Under the pieces are notes generated by a model. It was not told the origin of the DNA. It ran no database searches and worked only from the letters and a program-made list of their open reading frames with translations. A program made the position numbers and the translations under genes. Shown in pieces: positions 40,811 through 54,534 of a DNA stretch of 64,000 nt. Positions within the stretch are counted from its first letter, which is position 1. Each line of letters opens with the position of its first letter. Origin of the DNA: Nymphaea colorata (lineage: Eukaryota); contig NC_045138.2 of NCBI RefSeq assembly GCF_008831285.2, positions 2,294,001 to 2,358,000 of the forward strand, in the 5' to 3' direction.

Positions 40811-43298
40811 CTGCAAAGTATACGGAAGATAACTCAACAATCCTGAGAATACAAAAAGGCTAGGAAATTAGAGAGAGAGAGAGATTCATCCTTCCAGTAC
40901 TGAAAGATTAGAAAATGTAGGGAAAAGTGCCCATCTGCACAAAAAAGGTCCGGGGAATACTACTATCAGTTAAACTTCTACCAGTTTAAAAAAGCCTCCG
41001 TAACTTCCAGCCGGTGCTCTTGCATCCCCTTTTTCTAAAATGGAACACATGGTAAGGGGATTCTTTGCTGTTCTCAGCATTCAATAATGAAGAAACCACC
41101 GCTAAAATGAACCAAAATAATAGGCCATCCTAGTGAGCATGGAAAAAACCCAATCTTTGTCAGTTAGAAGTTTGAACCAATGCACCAACCCCACCGGCCA
41201 CCACCAAACACACCCAAAGAAAAAAAAAAAAAAACTAAGTACCAACGATAAAATTATGTGAAGTTTTTTTTTCTAGAATAATTCATTGGGAGCATGACTC
41301 TTTTAGCAGGTTATATCAAGCAGAAAATGGGAAAATACAAGTTATAACATTCTCTGTGAGGGCCTACTAGCATCCATTGTGCACAAGAGCTCCACCCACT
41401 CGGCCTGAAGTTCGGACCTAAGATCATTAAGTTGAATGCCATCAAAAGTTTGATTTCAAGAATACACCTTTTTGCATGATAACATCGACACTTAGCTTAC
41501 CAAGCTTGCATTTTTTTTTCCTTTTCATTTGTCATTAAAGGTAAGCCCCAATCATCAAGCCTTAAGAGGACAACACCAAGGGAAAGCTCACAATACAGCC
41601 TCTAATAAAATTTTAAAAACCAAAAAAAAGAAAGGAAGAAGAAGAACCATAATTAGGACCACTAATGAAATTGATGTGGTCAATAACACCTCTATGCAGA
41701 GAGCTAAACATAAACAGAGTTACAGAATCTTCACCAGAGCAACATACACTCATACCTCTGGCTGATGGCATTAGATGCTTCCATATGCTAGTACATAAAG
41801 AAACGTGTGCACATATAGCACAACTTTTTCTGCTTTGATCATAGCCGTAAATCTTATTCTTATGCTGAACAATTTCTGGCGGACTTTCCTAGGAAGCTCT
41901 TTGAAAGGTGCTTTCTTAAAAGCAAATGTCAGAAAAAAAGATCAAGATACTTGAGGAATTTCAAGAACGTTAAATAATTTTATCAGGATCAGAATTGAGA
42001 GGATTGTAGCAGTGCCGTTTATAATTGTGCACGTGTACAGCGTATACCAAATGATCGGATGCTACCTGCCCCAATTCTCATCAATGAAGACATCCAAAAT
42101 CCGTTCCACTTAAGCCTAAAGAGAAAGTTGCTTCAGGCGAATAGACAATCCAACCGACCGTCTGACATTACTAGAACGCACAATCCTACAACTAGAAGTT
42201 CGACGGAAGAGAACAACTTAGAGTAATAAAATTTACCATATCAACATCAGAGATGACATAAATAAATATGAAGATAGAATAGAGGGAAAAGGGACATGCT
42301 AATGAGTTCATATTCATCCGACAATCACAGGAAGTCTGATACTGGTTTTTATTTAAGGATGATTGCCAAATAACATTTCAAGGGGAATAAATTATACTTG
42401 GAGAGTGGAAGTTCCTAAAGTTCACATCATCCCTCGGACAACTTCTGGTTCAAAAACTTTGGTTATAGTGCATGCAGTAAACATCGTCATGCCCAACAAG
42501 ATCTAAACAACGTAGAGTAATTTAGTAACGGTGTAATACGACGGATTTATGTGTTGATATGAAACAGATGGACACTACAGTTAGTACAGGAACTTATGAG
42601 ATTTTTTTTTCTCATAGGGAGGCTACGGTGTATCACATAACCATCTTCCTTTCTTTTTTTTTTTCTTTTTGGGTGCTTTTTCAAAGACACCTATTATGGC
42701 AATTCGGTGAAAATTCTTCTAATTTTCACGGACTTTACGCATATTAAAAAAGAAGAATTAGCAAATACAAAGTTTTATATCAAGTATGTATTCATCCATT
42801 TTGGCACTAAATCCTAGCGAAGCAACCCAGTGGCCAAAACGTTCAGTTTAGGTTTGCCAATTCGCATTTGAGGACAGGATAAAGAAACCACTATAAAAGC
42901 ACAAAAGTCCCCAAACTTGCGTACCAGCAATTCAAAAATAAAAAGCAAGCACAATAGAATGAATATCAGAAAACGAACAATGACTTCAAAAAAGGACGAT
43001 AAGGTCAAAAAGCTTCAAAACACCGAAACTCCTGAACACCTTAAATTTAGCCAATACCTAATCCTTCAGAATAACAAGAATTTGAATAGCATTGAGATTT
43101 CGAAAGCATAAAGTACTCCGAAGGCGAACCCTTCACGGATGAAACTAAGGCGTTTAAAATTAACATTTTTCCCCTGAATCTCCTAAAGCAACAAAGCCAG
43201 ATACGTGCCACGAACAAGATAAAAGAAAACAACAGAAAATGAGAAAGCCCAGAAGACATTTCCCGGAAACTCACAGGTGTGTCAGGACTCAGGAGTGA

Positions 43299-43610
43299 TC
43301 AATGGGACGAGCTACAGCATCCCTCGTGGTGCCTCCCCTCTCGATCGCCACTCCGGTTCTCCTCCTCCTCGTCGCTCGTGTCCTCATCGAAGGGCTTCTG
43401 TTTGTGGAAGATGCAGCACTTCTTCGAGCTCTTCCTCTGAAGGAACTCATTGTCGACCGTACCTTCCTTCCACGAGACCTTCTTGGGCCGCCGGTTGAGG
43501 CGGAGTACGAGCGTCTGCGGCTGCTGAGGAAGGGTGCTAGGGCTAGGATTTTCTTCAAGGATAATCGTGGTGGCTCCCGACCCCACCGCCCGGAGGGAAC
43601 TACGAGCCAT
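43299..43610 (-). CDS. INH3: Protein phosphatase 1 inhibitor-3 (PPP1R11/YPI1 family), 103 aa
   Basis: The true ATG is at 43610 (MARSSLRAV...). RVxF-type motif KKVSW, family signature [19 protein letters not shown] and an acidic tail are present. Confidence 0.93.
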   Translation of the reverse strand: MARSSLRAVGSGATTIILEENPSPSTLPQQPQTLVLRLNRRPKKVSWKEGTVDNEFLQRKSSKKCCIFHKQKPFDEDTSDEEEENRSGDREGRHHEGCCSSSH

Positions 43611-43780
43611 TCCCCGGGAAAAAAACACAGCCGGATTCTAGAGGCAGAAAGTCCGATCTCTCACTTTCCTGTCGCAGAAGGTCTCGTCGATCGGCCGAAA
43701 TTTGCGCCGGAAGGAGATTCCGCGTTGGAGACAAACCGTTCTCCTGGTTACGTTCCAGGCGAGAAGCTTCGCGGTGGCTT

Positions 43781-43845
43781 GCTTATATAGCAAAGGGTTC
43801 AACGGTTCGGGTCTCAGACTGGATCAGGTCAATTCCACGGCCCAC
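43781..43845 (-). promoter_or_regulatory. Core promoter of the inhibitor-3 gene (TATA box, site II element)
   Basis: ctatataagc on the minus strand at 43790-43781, and TGGGCC at about 43843-43838. Confidence 0.55.
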
Positions 43846-46800
43846 GCTTCTATTCTGACATTTCATCCGCTGACGATTGAAAGCACCCAAACATGAAGCT
43901 CAAACTCTCACATCGTGCCAGCAAACATGTCCAAGCATACTTCATAATTTCAAATAGATAGGGCAATATTGTAAATATTGTTTCTTATCGGCGCATATAT
44001 AAAGAATAGATATTTAATGTTAGTGGAGAAATATAAGGAAAAAGGGTTAACATAAATCACGGCTCCACTTTTGAAAGTTTAAAATAAACATTCAATTTTC
44101 TATAAATTGTTTCAAGAACCCGTCTAAAAGACAAAAAAATATTAGTTTTGTAGTAAAATGACAAAAATACTTAAAGAGAAAATATATCGAAGGATTGATT
44201 TTATGCGAGAAGCATTTTTGTCATTTTACATAAAAAAGAAAATTAATACTTGTTTATTAAATTTTAAATAAATAAAAAAAGAGAAAACTATACCATACCA
44301 CTAGGTATTGGTAAATACCATACCACTAGGTAGGTAAGGGGCAAAAACTAGATCTCTTAAATTTAAATTAGAAAATGTTTTAAACAAAAAATAAACCTTC
44401 CAATGTATTTATAAACACCAATTTAATATAAATCCTGTTTTAATTCAGTTTATCCTGAAAAAAGTTTTGATCTTTCTACCATCATAAGTTTTATGCCACA
44501 AGAGCGGTTTACTTTTTTTATTATTAAAAATATCACTAAAGTAAATAAAAAATGACTAACTTAATATATATGTTTGACCAAATCACTCTGAATATTATAT
44601 CTATAAGGTCAGATTGTGAAGAAAACATCTTTATAATTCATTTTAACGACTCTAGTTTTTTACTGTTAATATGTTACTATATATATATATATATATATAA
44701 CAGTGATTTATTTTGGGTGGTATCACTGCATTTGTCAGCATATTTTTTTATATATAAAGAGATAGAGAAATCCATGGTTACCTTAAATATTAAACTTTAG
44801 GTTCGGTCAAATGCATCTACAAAATTCGGTGGCATCTCTTGTCACTATACCTTTACTTTTATATTAATTTAAAGTGGAAACTACATGTGTTTCATGTTAA
44901 TGAAAAATCAGAAGCAGAAGACTTCTTATCTATTATAAAGTTTTTTTCTCAAATGCGTCGCTCATGATAAATCCACATTTGTCTTGGAATCCAAATTCAA
45001 GAGGCAAATTTGCCGGTTAAAGTTGTCACAAAATATTTCTTACAAAATAAATAAATGAGTTAAAAGAATGACATAGGACATAAACTCATTTTGTTAAATA
45101 ACACAACATTTACATACATTTGTTCATATTGTCCAACAAAAAGAAAACTAAGTGTCTTGGAATGACGTTTTTATCTTTAAATGGTGAGGTTTTTTTCGGA
45201 TATAATAGAACAAGTTTGGAAAAAATGAAAAAATGAAAAAACCTGATAAATTTTTAAAAAGTAAAAATGGGAAAATGAAAAAACCTGATAAATTTTTAAA
45301 AAGTAAAAATGGGTGGAAAATAAAAATGAGTTAGAAACTAATAGCACAAACATTAAAAGATAAGTAGATTGCAACAAATAAAAAATAAAAAAAACTGTTT
45401 GACATTAAAAAAACTGAAAACAAAAATGAAAAAAAATAGAGAAAATGAAAAAACATAAAAAAATGAGTTAAAAACGTGTTTTTTTCGTTTTTAATGTTTT
45501 TTTAATATGTTTTTTAAAGTTTAAAACAACAAGTCAATTTTTTGCGTTTTTTTGAAAAAAAAACGTGTTTTTTAACTTTCAATTTACATATTGATATTCT
45601 TTTTTACATTAGAGAAAGTTGATGTCTAGAGAATTTAAAACCAAAACTTAGCCGTCTACCAAACATCAATTGCACCAACCGACTTGAAGTCAAGAAAGAA
45701 AGTTGGATCATCAAAATGCATCTCCTTGATTCAAACTTATTATCTATGGTTCACCTAATTATAGCTTTTGATTTTTTTAAAAAAAAAATGTACTAAAAAA
45801 GAGTGTCAAAATCACGCCAGCTTTATAAAGAATGGGATTTTTCCCTAGAAAAGGCAAAACCTGATCATTGTTCACGTGGGCACTGTGACTAAAAATCATG
45901 AGATAAAGAATCGCGGGCTTATTTATCACATCTTGGCAACTTGCATTTCAAAAGCACATGACTTTTCTTTTTCTCTTCCTTTCAAAAGAGTCATGACAAG
46001 TTATTCACCACCACAACTGCAGATTTTAAATAACCACAAATTGCAAAACAACTTTTGCCCTCAATGAGTTAACTCACGTGAACTTGTGCTGTTTTAATCA
46101 CGAAAAAGGGGGAGAAGTCAAAAAATAAAAATAAAAATAAAAAAGATATTTTAGCTTGCAAGTAACTGAAAATAACTGATTGAAGGTCAAGAGTTCAATA
46201 CCTAGATGAGTATTGATATGGCAGAATATCTAAACCTAACTCAAATAAGGCCATTTGGCCGTTATGGTTACAAGCATGGGGCGGAGCCAAGGGGGATTGC
46301 ATGGGCCTTAGTCCCACTTTAATTTTTTTTTTTTAATTTACATGCAAGTTTTAAAAAAAAATCACTTGTCATATATAAAAATTTTGAAAAATAATATTTT
46401 GGATTCTGTCACAATTAAGAAACTTTATTTTGTCCTCCTTCACAAAAAATTTCTGAAGAAGGGTGGACGTGAAAACCTACCTCTCCTCCAATAGAATGGA
46501 CATGCAACTTGCAGGAAACAGCTTTTGCTGGGGTTGGGCCTCCTTCCTTTATTAAAATATAATGTCAATTACTATGTATATATATATAAGAGCCTTTTAG
46601 TTATTATAGTTAACGGAAATGCAGTGCTTATTTTAAAAAATCACAAAAAAAATGATTTTATTAGGAGTTATAAGTAAAATCTAGTCTCCAAAATAAATAA
46701 AAAATTGATGCATTCTCAAAAACCTTTTTTTAAAAAAAAAATCATGAAGAAGCATTTCATCCTAGGCCATGGCCCCACCCTAACTAACTTAAAAAAAAAT

Positions 46801-48190
46801 ACATTAGAAAAATAAAAAAATGTTAGTTGTGCAATATATTTTTTTTATTTGGGTTCGGTTTAGATCTATCCACATCCGAGATTGAACTATTTGGCGCACC
46901 ATGAAACAAAATTGTGGCTCCTCCCCTGATTCCATGAGATGGTTTGGTAAAGCCTTGGAGCTAAAAAAGTTAGATCATAAGTTCAAGCGCTAAGTTAAGA
47001 CTAATCGTCTCGGTGAGTTTTTTCATGGCTTGATGGTTGGGGTTCACTCGTCGTTATGGTTCTAGAAGATACTAAGTTATCAAAATAATACCACCAAAAT
47101 TAAATGAAATTATCAAACTTTTTTCACATTTGAGCTTATCGTTTGTAAATTCATGTGTCATAACCCTATTTGGGCTTGACTCAAACTTGCTCAAAAAAAT
47201 TCAGCTCGTGCTCGACTCAAGCTGAGTTTGAGCTTACAAAAATACTCACAATTAATAAACGAGTTGAGTTCGAGTTTTAGAAACTCGACTTGTTTATACT
47301 CAACCCGACTCGACTCGCAAACCGATACTCTTTATAATATTGCCAAAACCGGTTTCACAACTTACACGGGTTAACACTTACATGAATTGAACGAGTTAAT
47401 GCTTATATGAATTAACGCCTAAACAAGTTAAATGGGTTGAATGAGTCGAGTTCGGATTCGATTTTGTGTAGTCGAGTCGAGCTCCGGCTTGCTATAAGAG
47501 CTCGAGCTTGAGTTTTTTTAGCTTGTGTCATGTGCAACCCTGGACACAACTCTAGACCCTAGAAGCAAGAGGAAAGAGAGAGGGTTTGGCTTTCGCTCGA
47601 TTGATGGGATCAATCTTCCTACTCACCTGAAAATATATATGTCATACACAAAACTTAGCTGGTATTGATAAGTGTCTCGCCATTTGATTCAGATTCAGGG
47701 GCTGAGAATGGGAGATAGTTCTAAAACGATGGATCCGTCGCCTGATTGTAAGCTAAATTTTTCAAACTGATCTTTACTTGGTTCCTTCTTATCGAATGCT
47801 TGGAATAAAAGCAACCAATTTGGTCAAAAGCTTCGAAAAGAACAACTTGATTTGAAATTGAGATAAAGAAAGAGATCAATGGTCTTGTGTACAACACAAG
47901 CAACTCAAGCGCAATAGCAGAAGGTGTTTTTATAAAGAGAAACATTGTCTTCTTCAATAAGTGTTTCAAGAACATCATTATGGTCCAAGTTATTGCTTTC
48001 AAAAGCATGGTATAATTACTTTTATTGTCTTCACACCATATTTATTGAAACAAAAACGTAATGTTTTTAGGAAACGCGATTCCTTGATCACCACGTTCTT
48101 CCAATCAAGCACCCTTTAAATATGAGGTCAATTTAATTTAAGTAGGGTCCCTATCGTCGAAAGGGTAAGACTCAGTCCATTTCTTTAGCT

Positions 48191-48233
<43 letters not shown>

Positions 48234-48361
48234 ACTTAATCTTGTCAGATGTTGCATGACGAAAATTTAAAAATTTGTAGTTAAAAAATAATCACTATAT
48301 TGGTATTAGCGATGGTTTATGATGAGGAGATGTTTGATGGTAGTTGTTACTCCCACAACAT

Positions 48362-48501
<140 letters not shown>

Positions 48502-50404
48502 GGGGGAAAAGAGGTAGCAACCATAATATAAGATTGGATGCAAATTATATCATCTGTTTAAGGAGATTAGACAGTTGAGATGAAGTTCAGAAAACAAAAA
48601 CCATGCTGTATTTAAAAGGGACAAAAATAATTTGTTTCCTTCTAGAACGGATATTTCTGTTTCTTGAAAATATAGCTTGCTTTTATTTTTTTCAACTTAA
48701 TATCAACCATCTCACTCCCTTATAAATGCTTATATATATATATATGTATATATGTATATATATATATAAAAGCATTTATTAGTAGCTGATGTGGCATTTT
48801 CTTGTTGAATTCGACTAGTTGATCACAAACTCAAATGGAACACTAGATTATAATGGAACATTTGCATCCCTAAACTTTCTCTCTCCTGATGTTTTTTCTT
48901 ATATTCTGGATGTACCCAAAGAGGTATCACCTGTTCCAATCCGAGAGAGACTCTTAATTTCACAACCAAGTTAAGGGGTATAACATAACTGGTCAGGCAG
49001 GCGGGTGCGTACCATTCAAATTCTGTGGGTCTTATTTTCATGGATCGTAAAAAGTAAATCGCAAATTCCGTGGGTCTTATTTTCATGGATCGTAAAAAGT
49101 AAATCGCAATATTGTAGTTGATGGGTATGTGGGTATGTCGTACCCCACTCAGATCTGAATGTAACTTAACAACCCCAGAGGCAGGGGAAGCCCGCTTCTT
49201 CCGATGGTGAGTTGTTAACCTCCTACTAACCCAAAGCCGAACGTCTGATAAGGCAGTGACCTTTAAGAATCATGGATTTGAGATCTCCAATACGCTTCCA
49301 AGTTCTGTTTCAAGCCAAAGAAAGGTCCAATGATTGCTAGTATTGCACATTCATGATGCATTTTTATTTGATCCGGAATAATATTGTTATAAGTTAACTA
49401 TCTAAAATCTTTGAGCCTAAGATTTCAAAACCTCAAATCACCTGGATCTGAAGCAACCAATCTCGGGGATAGAATGAAAGAGAGTCATCTAAATTGCTGA
49501 TTTTCAGCTCCTACAAAGAAGCAATTGCTAGATGTACTAGAATAGGACTAAGCTTTCTGACGTGTTGATCAAATAATAATCTTACATGCATCTTTACAGC
49601 TTGGATATACCATGTATAAAAGATTCAAAAGCTTATGTCCCCATTAAATATGACGTTTTCTTCTCTCTCTCTCTCTCTCTCTCATCTCCATATATTGATT
49701 TTAAACAAGGTTTTTATCTGTTTCAGCAACCTTGTTGATACAGAGACACAGTCATATTAACAACCAACATCAAGACAAGCTTTGTGACACTAAAACTTGA
49801 TTTTAAATCCTTTGCAGTATAGTTTCTGCGTGTCATTCAGATGTGAAAGTATTTTGCTTTCTCATATATAGAATTGCGTCCTTACAACTTATACATGTAT
49901 AAAAGTTTTAAGTCATTACTTAAAAAAGAAAGAAAGAAAAATATATCGGGTCAGGCTTTTTTGAGGGGTGGCCCAAAGCCAAGCAAAGCCATGCTAAAAG
50001 AGGGGATTCATAAATTTTTTTTGCAGGGTGGATGCAACGTGGGGGGACATGGAAAGCCACTTCCTTTCGGCCAAAGCAAAAAGCAGGGGAGGTGGGGAGA
50101 GAGGAGGGCCTCCTCTTCTTCTTCCTCCTCCACTTTTGTTGGGTTTCCACATCTTTTTTACTAGAGAGGGCAATGCCCACCACCCTCCTCTTACCTGTTC
50201 AAACCCTCCATTTTTGGTCATCACCACATTCCTCCCCACTCACCCCCATCCCCTGCCCATTTGCCATCAGTGCTTGAGATGCAGAGACAGAGGAGGATGG
50301 TGGTCGTTCACGCCATGAAACCCATGTTCTAGACCTGTAAATTGTTGGACTGCATCTTGAGCCTATAGACCTAGAGAAGGGAGAGAGAGAGACTGTGTGT
50401 CAAG

Positions 50405-50498
50405 ATGTTGCAGAGGGCGGCGAGCAACGCTTATTCATGGTGGTGGGCAAGTCATATCAGGACCAAGCAATCCAATTGGCTGGAACAGAACCTTCAAG
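50405..50498 (+). CDS. NET2: NETWORKED 2 / KIP1-family actin-binding protein, exon 1
   Basis: MLQRAASNAYSWWWASHIRTKQSNWLEQNLQ is the NET2 NAB-domain N-terminus. Phase-1 donor G|GT at 50499. Confidence 0.93.
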
Positions 50499-51250
50499 GT
50501 GATCCTGTTACTCATAAGTCGTATATCTTAATCACGTCTCAGTTTGTAGGTTGCCTCCACGAGAATATCATCCATACCAGCTTACCAAAATTGGACCAAT
50601 GGATTCTGCGGCACCTCTCTTGATCCTATCAATACAAGTGCAGTAGTTTTTACAGGACCTGATTCTGTTTCTTCCTTCCTTTTTTCCCTTGTTGGAATAC
50701 AAACAAAGCATGCTTTAAGATGAATTTAAAATGTCTTAGTTATATAGATTAATATGAGCAGAAGCGTCGTGAATTTTTTCTTAAGATATTGGAGCAGATT
50801 ACTGATGTCTTACATATACATCAATATGAGCAGATATGTAAATCTGTAGATCTTTGAATAGATCACTGATATCCTTAGATCTACATATAGGCATGTCAGA
50901 CTCTGGAACTGAGCAGAATCCTTATGTGAACTTGCGAAACCTTCGGGTTTAGAGCAGACTACTCTCATGTAATAAGCTCGTGTATGTGTAATGGTTCAGA
51001 AGCATCATCCATGTGTAAACCGGACAGTTTTTCTACGTTTGCGCAGATTATGAATTAACAATGAAATAGTTCTGCTTTTCTTTTTCTTTGTTTCTTTCTC
51101 TTTTTATGGAACAAAAGAAAATGTACGTATGAAGTCACTATAAAGTGATTCACTTGTTCATGGGGACAAGAACAGAATGAAGCGAGCTTTCAATAGCCAT
51201 AAAAAATTATTGAACGGCAATTACAATGAACCAGTTTGTTCCATATGCAG

Positions 51251-54200
51251 ACATGGAGGTGAAGGTGCAGTCTGTGCTAAAACTCATTGAAGAGGATGGA
51301 GATTCCTTCGCCAAACGCGCAGAGATGTATTACAAAAAGAGGCCAGAGTTAATCCACTTCGTTGAAGAGTTTTACAGAAATTACAGGTCATTAGCAGAAC
51401 GATATGATCACATCTCTGGCGAATTGCACAATGCCCGCAGTACCATTGCTACTGCCTTTCCAGAGCAAGTCCCTTTCGCGATTCCTCACGAGGAGTCTTC
51501 CAAAGAGAAAGGCACCCTTTCGACTGCTCGTGGTGAATCGAGCGATGGTTTGTCCAAAAAACCACCACCACCACCACCACCATCATTAGCTAAAAGGTTG
51601 GACCCAAATAATTTGAAGAGCAAAATGAGCAATTCGACAAATTCAGATCCAGCAGTTGATAAAGCAGTTGCCCAGAAAGAGATTGATAAGCTTCAGAAGG
51701 AGGCGCTGATGTTGCAGGTAGAAAAAGAGTTAGTCAAGAGCTCATACGAGGCTGGCCTAGCAAAATACTGGGATTTGGAAGGCCAAATTTTGGAGGTGCA
51801 AGCCACGCTGTGCCTTCTACAAGAAGAATATGGGCTTGGGAGTAGCATAGAGGTTGAAAAAGAGCAAGCCTTAATGGCTGTTACAGCTCTGAGATCCTGC
51901 GAGCAAATGCTTGGAAATTTGCAGGAAGAGCAGCAGAAATCATTACTAGAAGTGCAGACTGAATCTGAAAGAATAAAGATAATGGAAGAGAGTTTGAAGC
52001 TGTTGAAGGATGATTTCATTAAACGCCATCCAGAGATCTGTCAACTTGACGATGAGGATCCAAAAATAGTTGCACATCCAACCATGAAAACAATGGAAGA
52101 GGAACTTTGCAATCTTAAGAAAGAGAAGGCTGATTATCAAGTTGCTTGCCAGAAAATAGTGAAACATTTGGAGGTAGATGACAATGATCTGAGTGTTCCT
52201 GAGGTGAGTCAACTAATTGATGAGCTTGCAAGCAAAGTTGTCACTCTGGAAGCAGAGGTTTCATCCCAGAATGCACAGATTTCAAGACTTAAATCAGAAA
52301 CAGATCAGCTGCAAGAGCACTTGCAGGGCCTGCAAGAAGACAAGACGTCACTTATGGATGACTCCAAGGCCATGATCAACAGAATAAAAGGCCTTGAAGA
52401 AGAGTTGCAGGAGGTTCAATGTCTCAATCTTCACATTGAGGAACAGAAAGCGCAGCTTGAGGCCAACCTTACAGAAGTACGCTGCAAGCTTGGTGATCTT
52501 ACAGAGAAAATGAAAGTCCAGCTGCATCAGAACGAAGGTGAAAACATTGATCTATTTGAATCAGGAAGTGGAAAGCCTGCTGTCGAACTCCAAGAGGAAG
52601 AACATGCAAATGGAAACCCAGCCACGGAGTGTCAAGTGACAAGAGATGCCAATAATGCGCAGGAAAGAGAAGTCAGAAAAGAAAGCAATTCCAGAGGTAA
52701 ATTGCAGGAGGTACCTGAAGAACCTCATTCCGTATTTCACGCAGAAGCCAAGTCAATTGAAGATAGCAAGCAAATCCTAAGCACTGAACACCAAGAAGAA
52801 AATGGTGTTATAAATAGAATACAAGATGAACAAAGCAATAACAATGGTGGACTACAAGATGCAGTTGAGGAATCTAGTTCTGAACTTGACACGGAAGCTA
52901 TCCTGAGCCAAGAGTTCAAGGAAATTGGAACCACAGCAAGTGAAGAGGAGAAAGATGTGAAAAATAGAATTGAAACTGATCAAAGCAATACCAGGAATAC
53001 ATCGCATGATGTGGTTGAAGAACCTGGTTCTGGATTTGATGCAGAAAGCAAATTGAATAAAGATTCCAAGGAAGTTCCAACCACAGAAAGTCATAATGGG
53101 AAAGTTGTCAAGAATGGAACTGAAATCGAAGAAAGGGATATCAAGGACGGGCTGCAAAAGGTCGTTGAAGTATCCGGCTCTGAATTTGGTGCGGAAGCTA
53201 AATCCACGCAAGAAACCTCTCCCGAATTTGATACTGAAGTTGAAAACAAAGGGGAACCTGAAACAGATATCGAAAATGCTAGTACTTGTAGTGAATTACA
53301 GAAGTTCAGCCTGGAATTAGTTGACACAGAAACTTGGCAAAGATTTTTAGAGGGGATGGAAGACAGAGAAAAGACACTGCTGACAGAGTATACAACAGTT
53401 CTTCGAAATCACAAAGAAACAAAGAGAAAACTTGGTGAACTGGAGAAGCAAAAGCAAGACGTTGTCGCTGAAAAAATGGCAAAGATCAGACTATTGGAGA
53501 TTGAAACTGCTCAAAAAGACGATGAAATCCAGTCACTAAAGCATAAGCTCAGCGCTCTGCAACTGGGCTCTGAACGTCCTGAGACCAAATTTGTCCAAGG
53601 CGATGATTCCCTGGAGGGCACCGTCAACAGTTCGAAAGATTCAAATGTAGTGCCGAATATTGATGATTTGGATCATCGAAGTGTGGAATACGCTGGAGAC
53701 CAAAGCAATGGAAATGGTGGATTGGAGCAATCGTCTCCAACAGAAAAAGAGATCAACATTGTGTTCAGTGAAAACAGTGGACCTCCTTCCGTCATGGAAG
53801 AGAAATTCAGGAGAGATATTGATGGCTTACTGGAAGAGAATCTAGAATTCTGGCTGAGATTCAGTACCTCCTTCCATCAGATACAGAAATTTCAGACAGC
53901 AATCCAAGAATCACAAGTGGAGTTGTTGAAGTTGAAAAAGGAAAAGAATAAAGAAGAGGGCGGTAACCACTCCGCAAGCTCCACCTCTAGCCCCAGTAAT
54001 AACCAGAGCACGAGGTCTAGCGTGGAGGCAATCCAGAAGCAGTTGACAGAGTTGCAGGGCGAGCTGTTGATGTGGATAGAACAGAATGCTTTGCTCAAGG
54101 ATGAACTGAAGCATCGTTTCTCGTCTCTCTGCAACATACAAGAAGAACTGTCTCAGGTCTCCAAGAAGAACCCCAAGATCGGAGTTGACCTGACAAAATA

Positions 54201-54534
54201 TCAGGCAGCAAAATTTCAAGGTGAAGTTCTGAACATGCAGCAAGAAAATAACAAGGTCGCAGATGAACTGCAAGCTGGTCTGGATCATGTAAGAGGCCTC
54301 CAGCTAGAACTCGAGAAAACAATGCTGAAATTGAAAGAGAACTTCGGATTGTCAGAAAGCAAACACCACCACCATCACCACTATCATGTTAATTATGTGA
54401 GAAACACATTGGGCCGAAGAAGGATTCCTCTGCGGTCGTTCATCTTTGGCAGCAAGCCAAAAAAAGCATCTCTGTTCTCTTGTGTCAGCCCTGCATTACA
54501 GAAACAATATAGTGACTTGCGAGCAGGAATGTAG
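51251..54534 (+). CDS. NET2: NETWORKED 2 / KIP1-family protein, exon 2 (1125 aa in total)
   Basis: Acceptor tgcag at 51250 restores the frame (LQ-D-MEVKV). NAB motif [22 protein letters not shown], long coiled coils, and the NET2 C-terminal motifs [39 protein letters not shown] and [10 protein letters not shown]. Confidence 0.95.

Noticed and set aside
42080..42170. ATGAAGA...CTGA with acaatccaac (25S complement) in the INH3 intron
   Set aside because: It is antisense to the host transcript and the guide is not correctly spaced from a D/D' box.
43302..43790. 162-aa plus-strand ORF
   Set aside because: Antisense shadow of the GC-rich INH3 coding region.
51226..51250. ORF-track start MNQFVPYA for the 1102-aa ORF
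   Set aside because: Intronic. The conserved N-terminus is encoded by exon 1 at 50405-50498.
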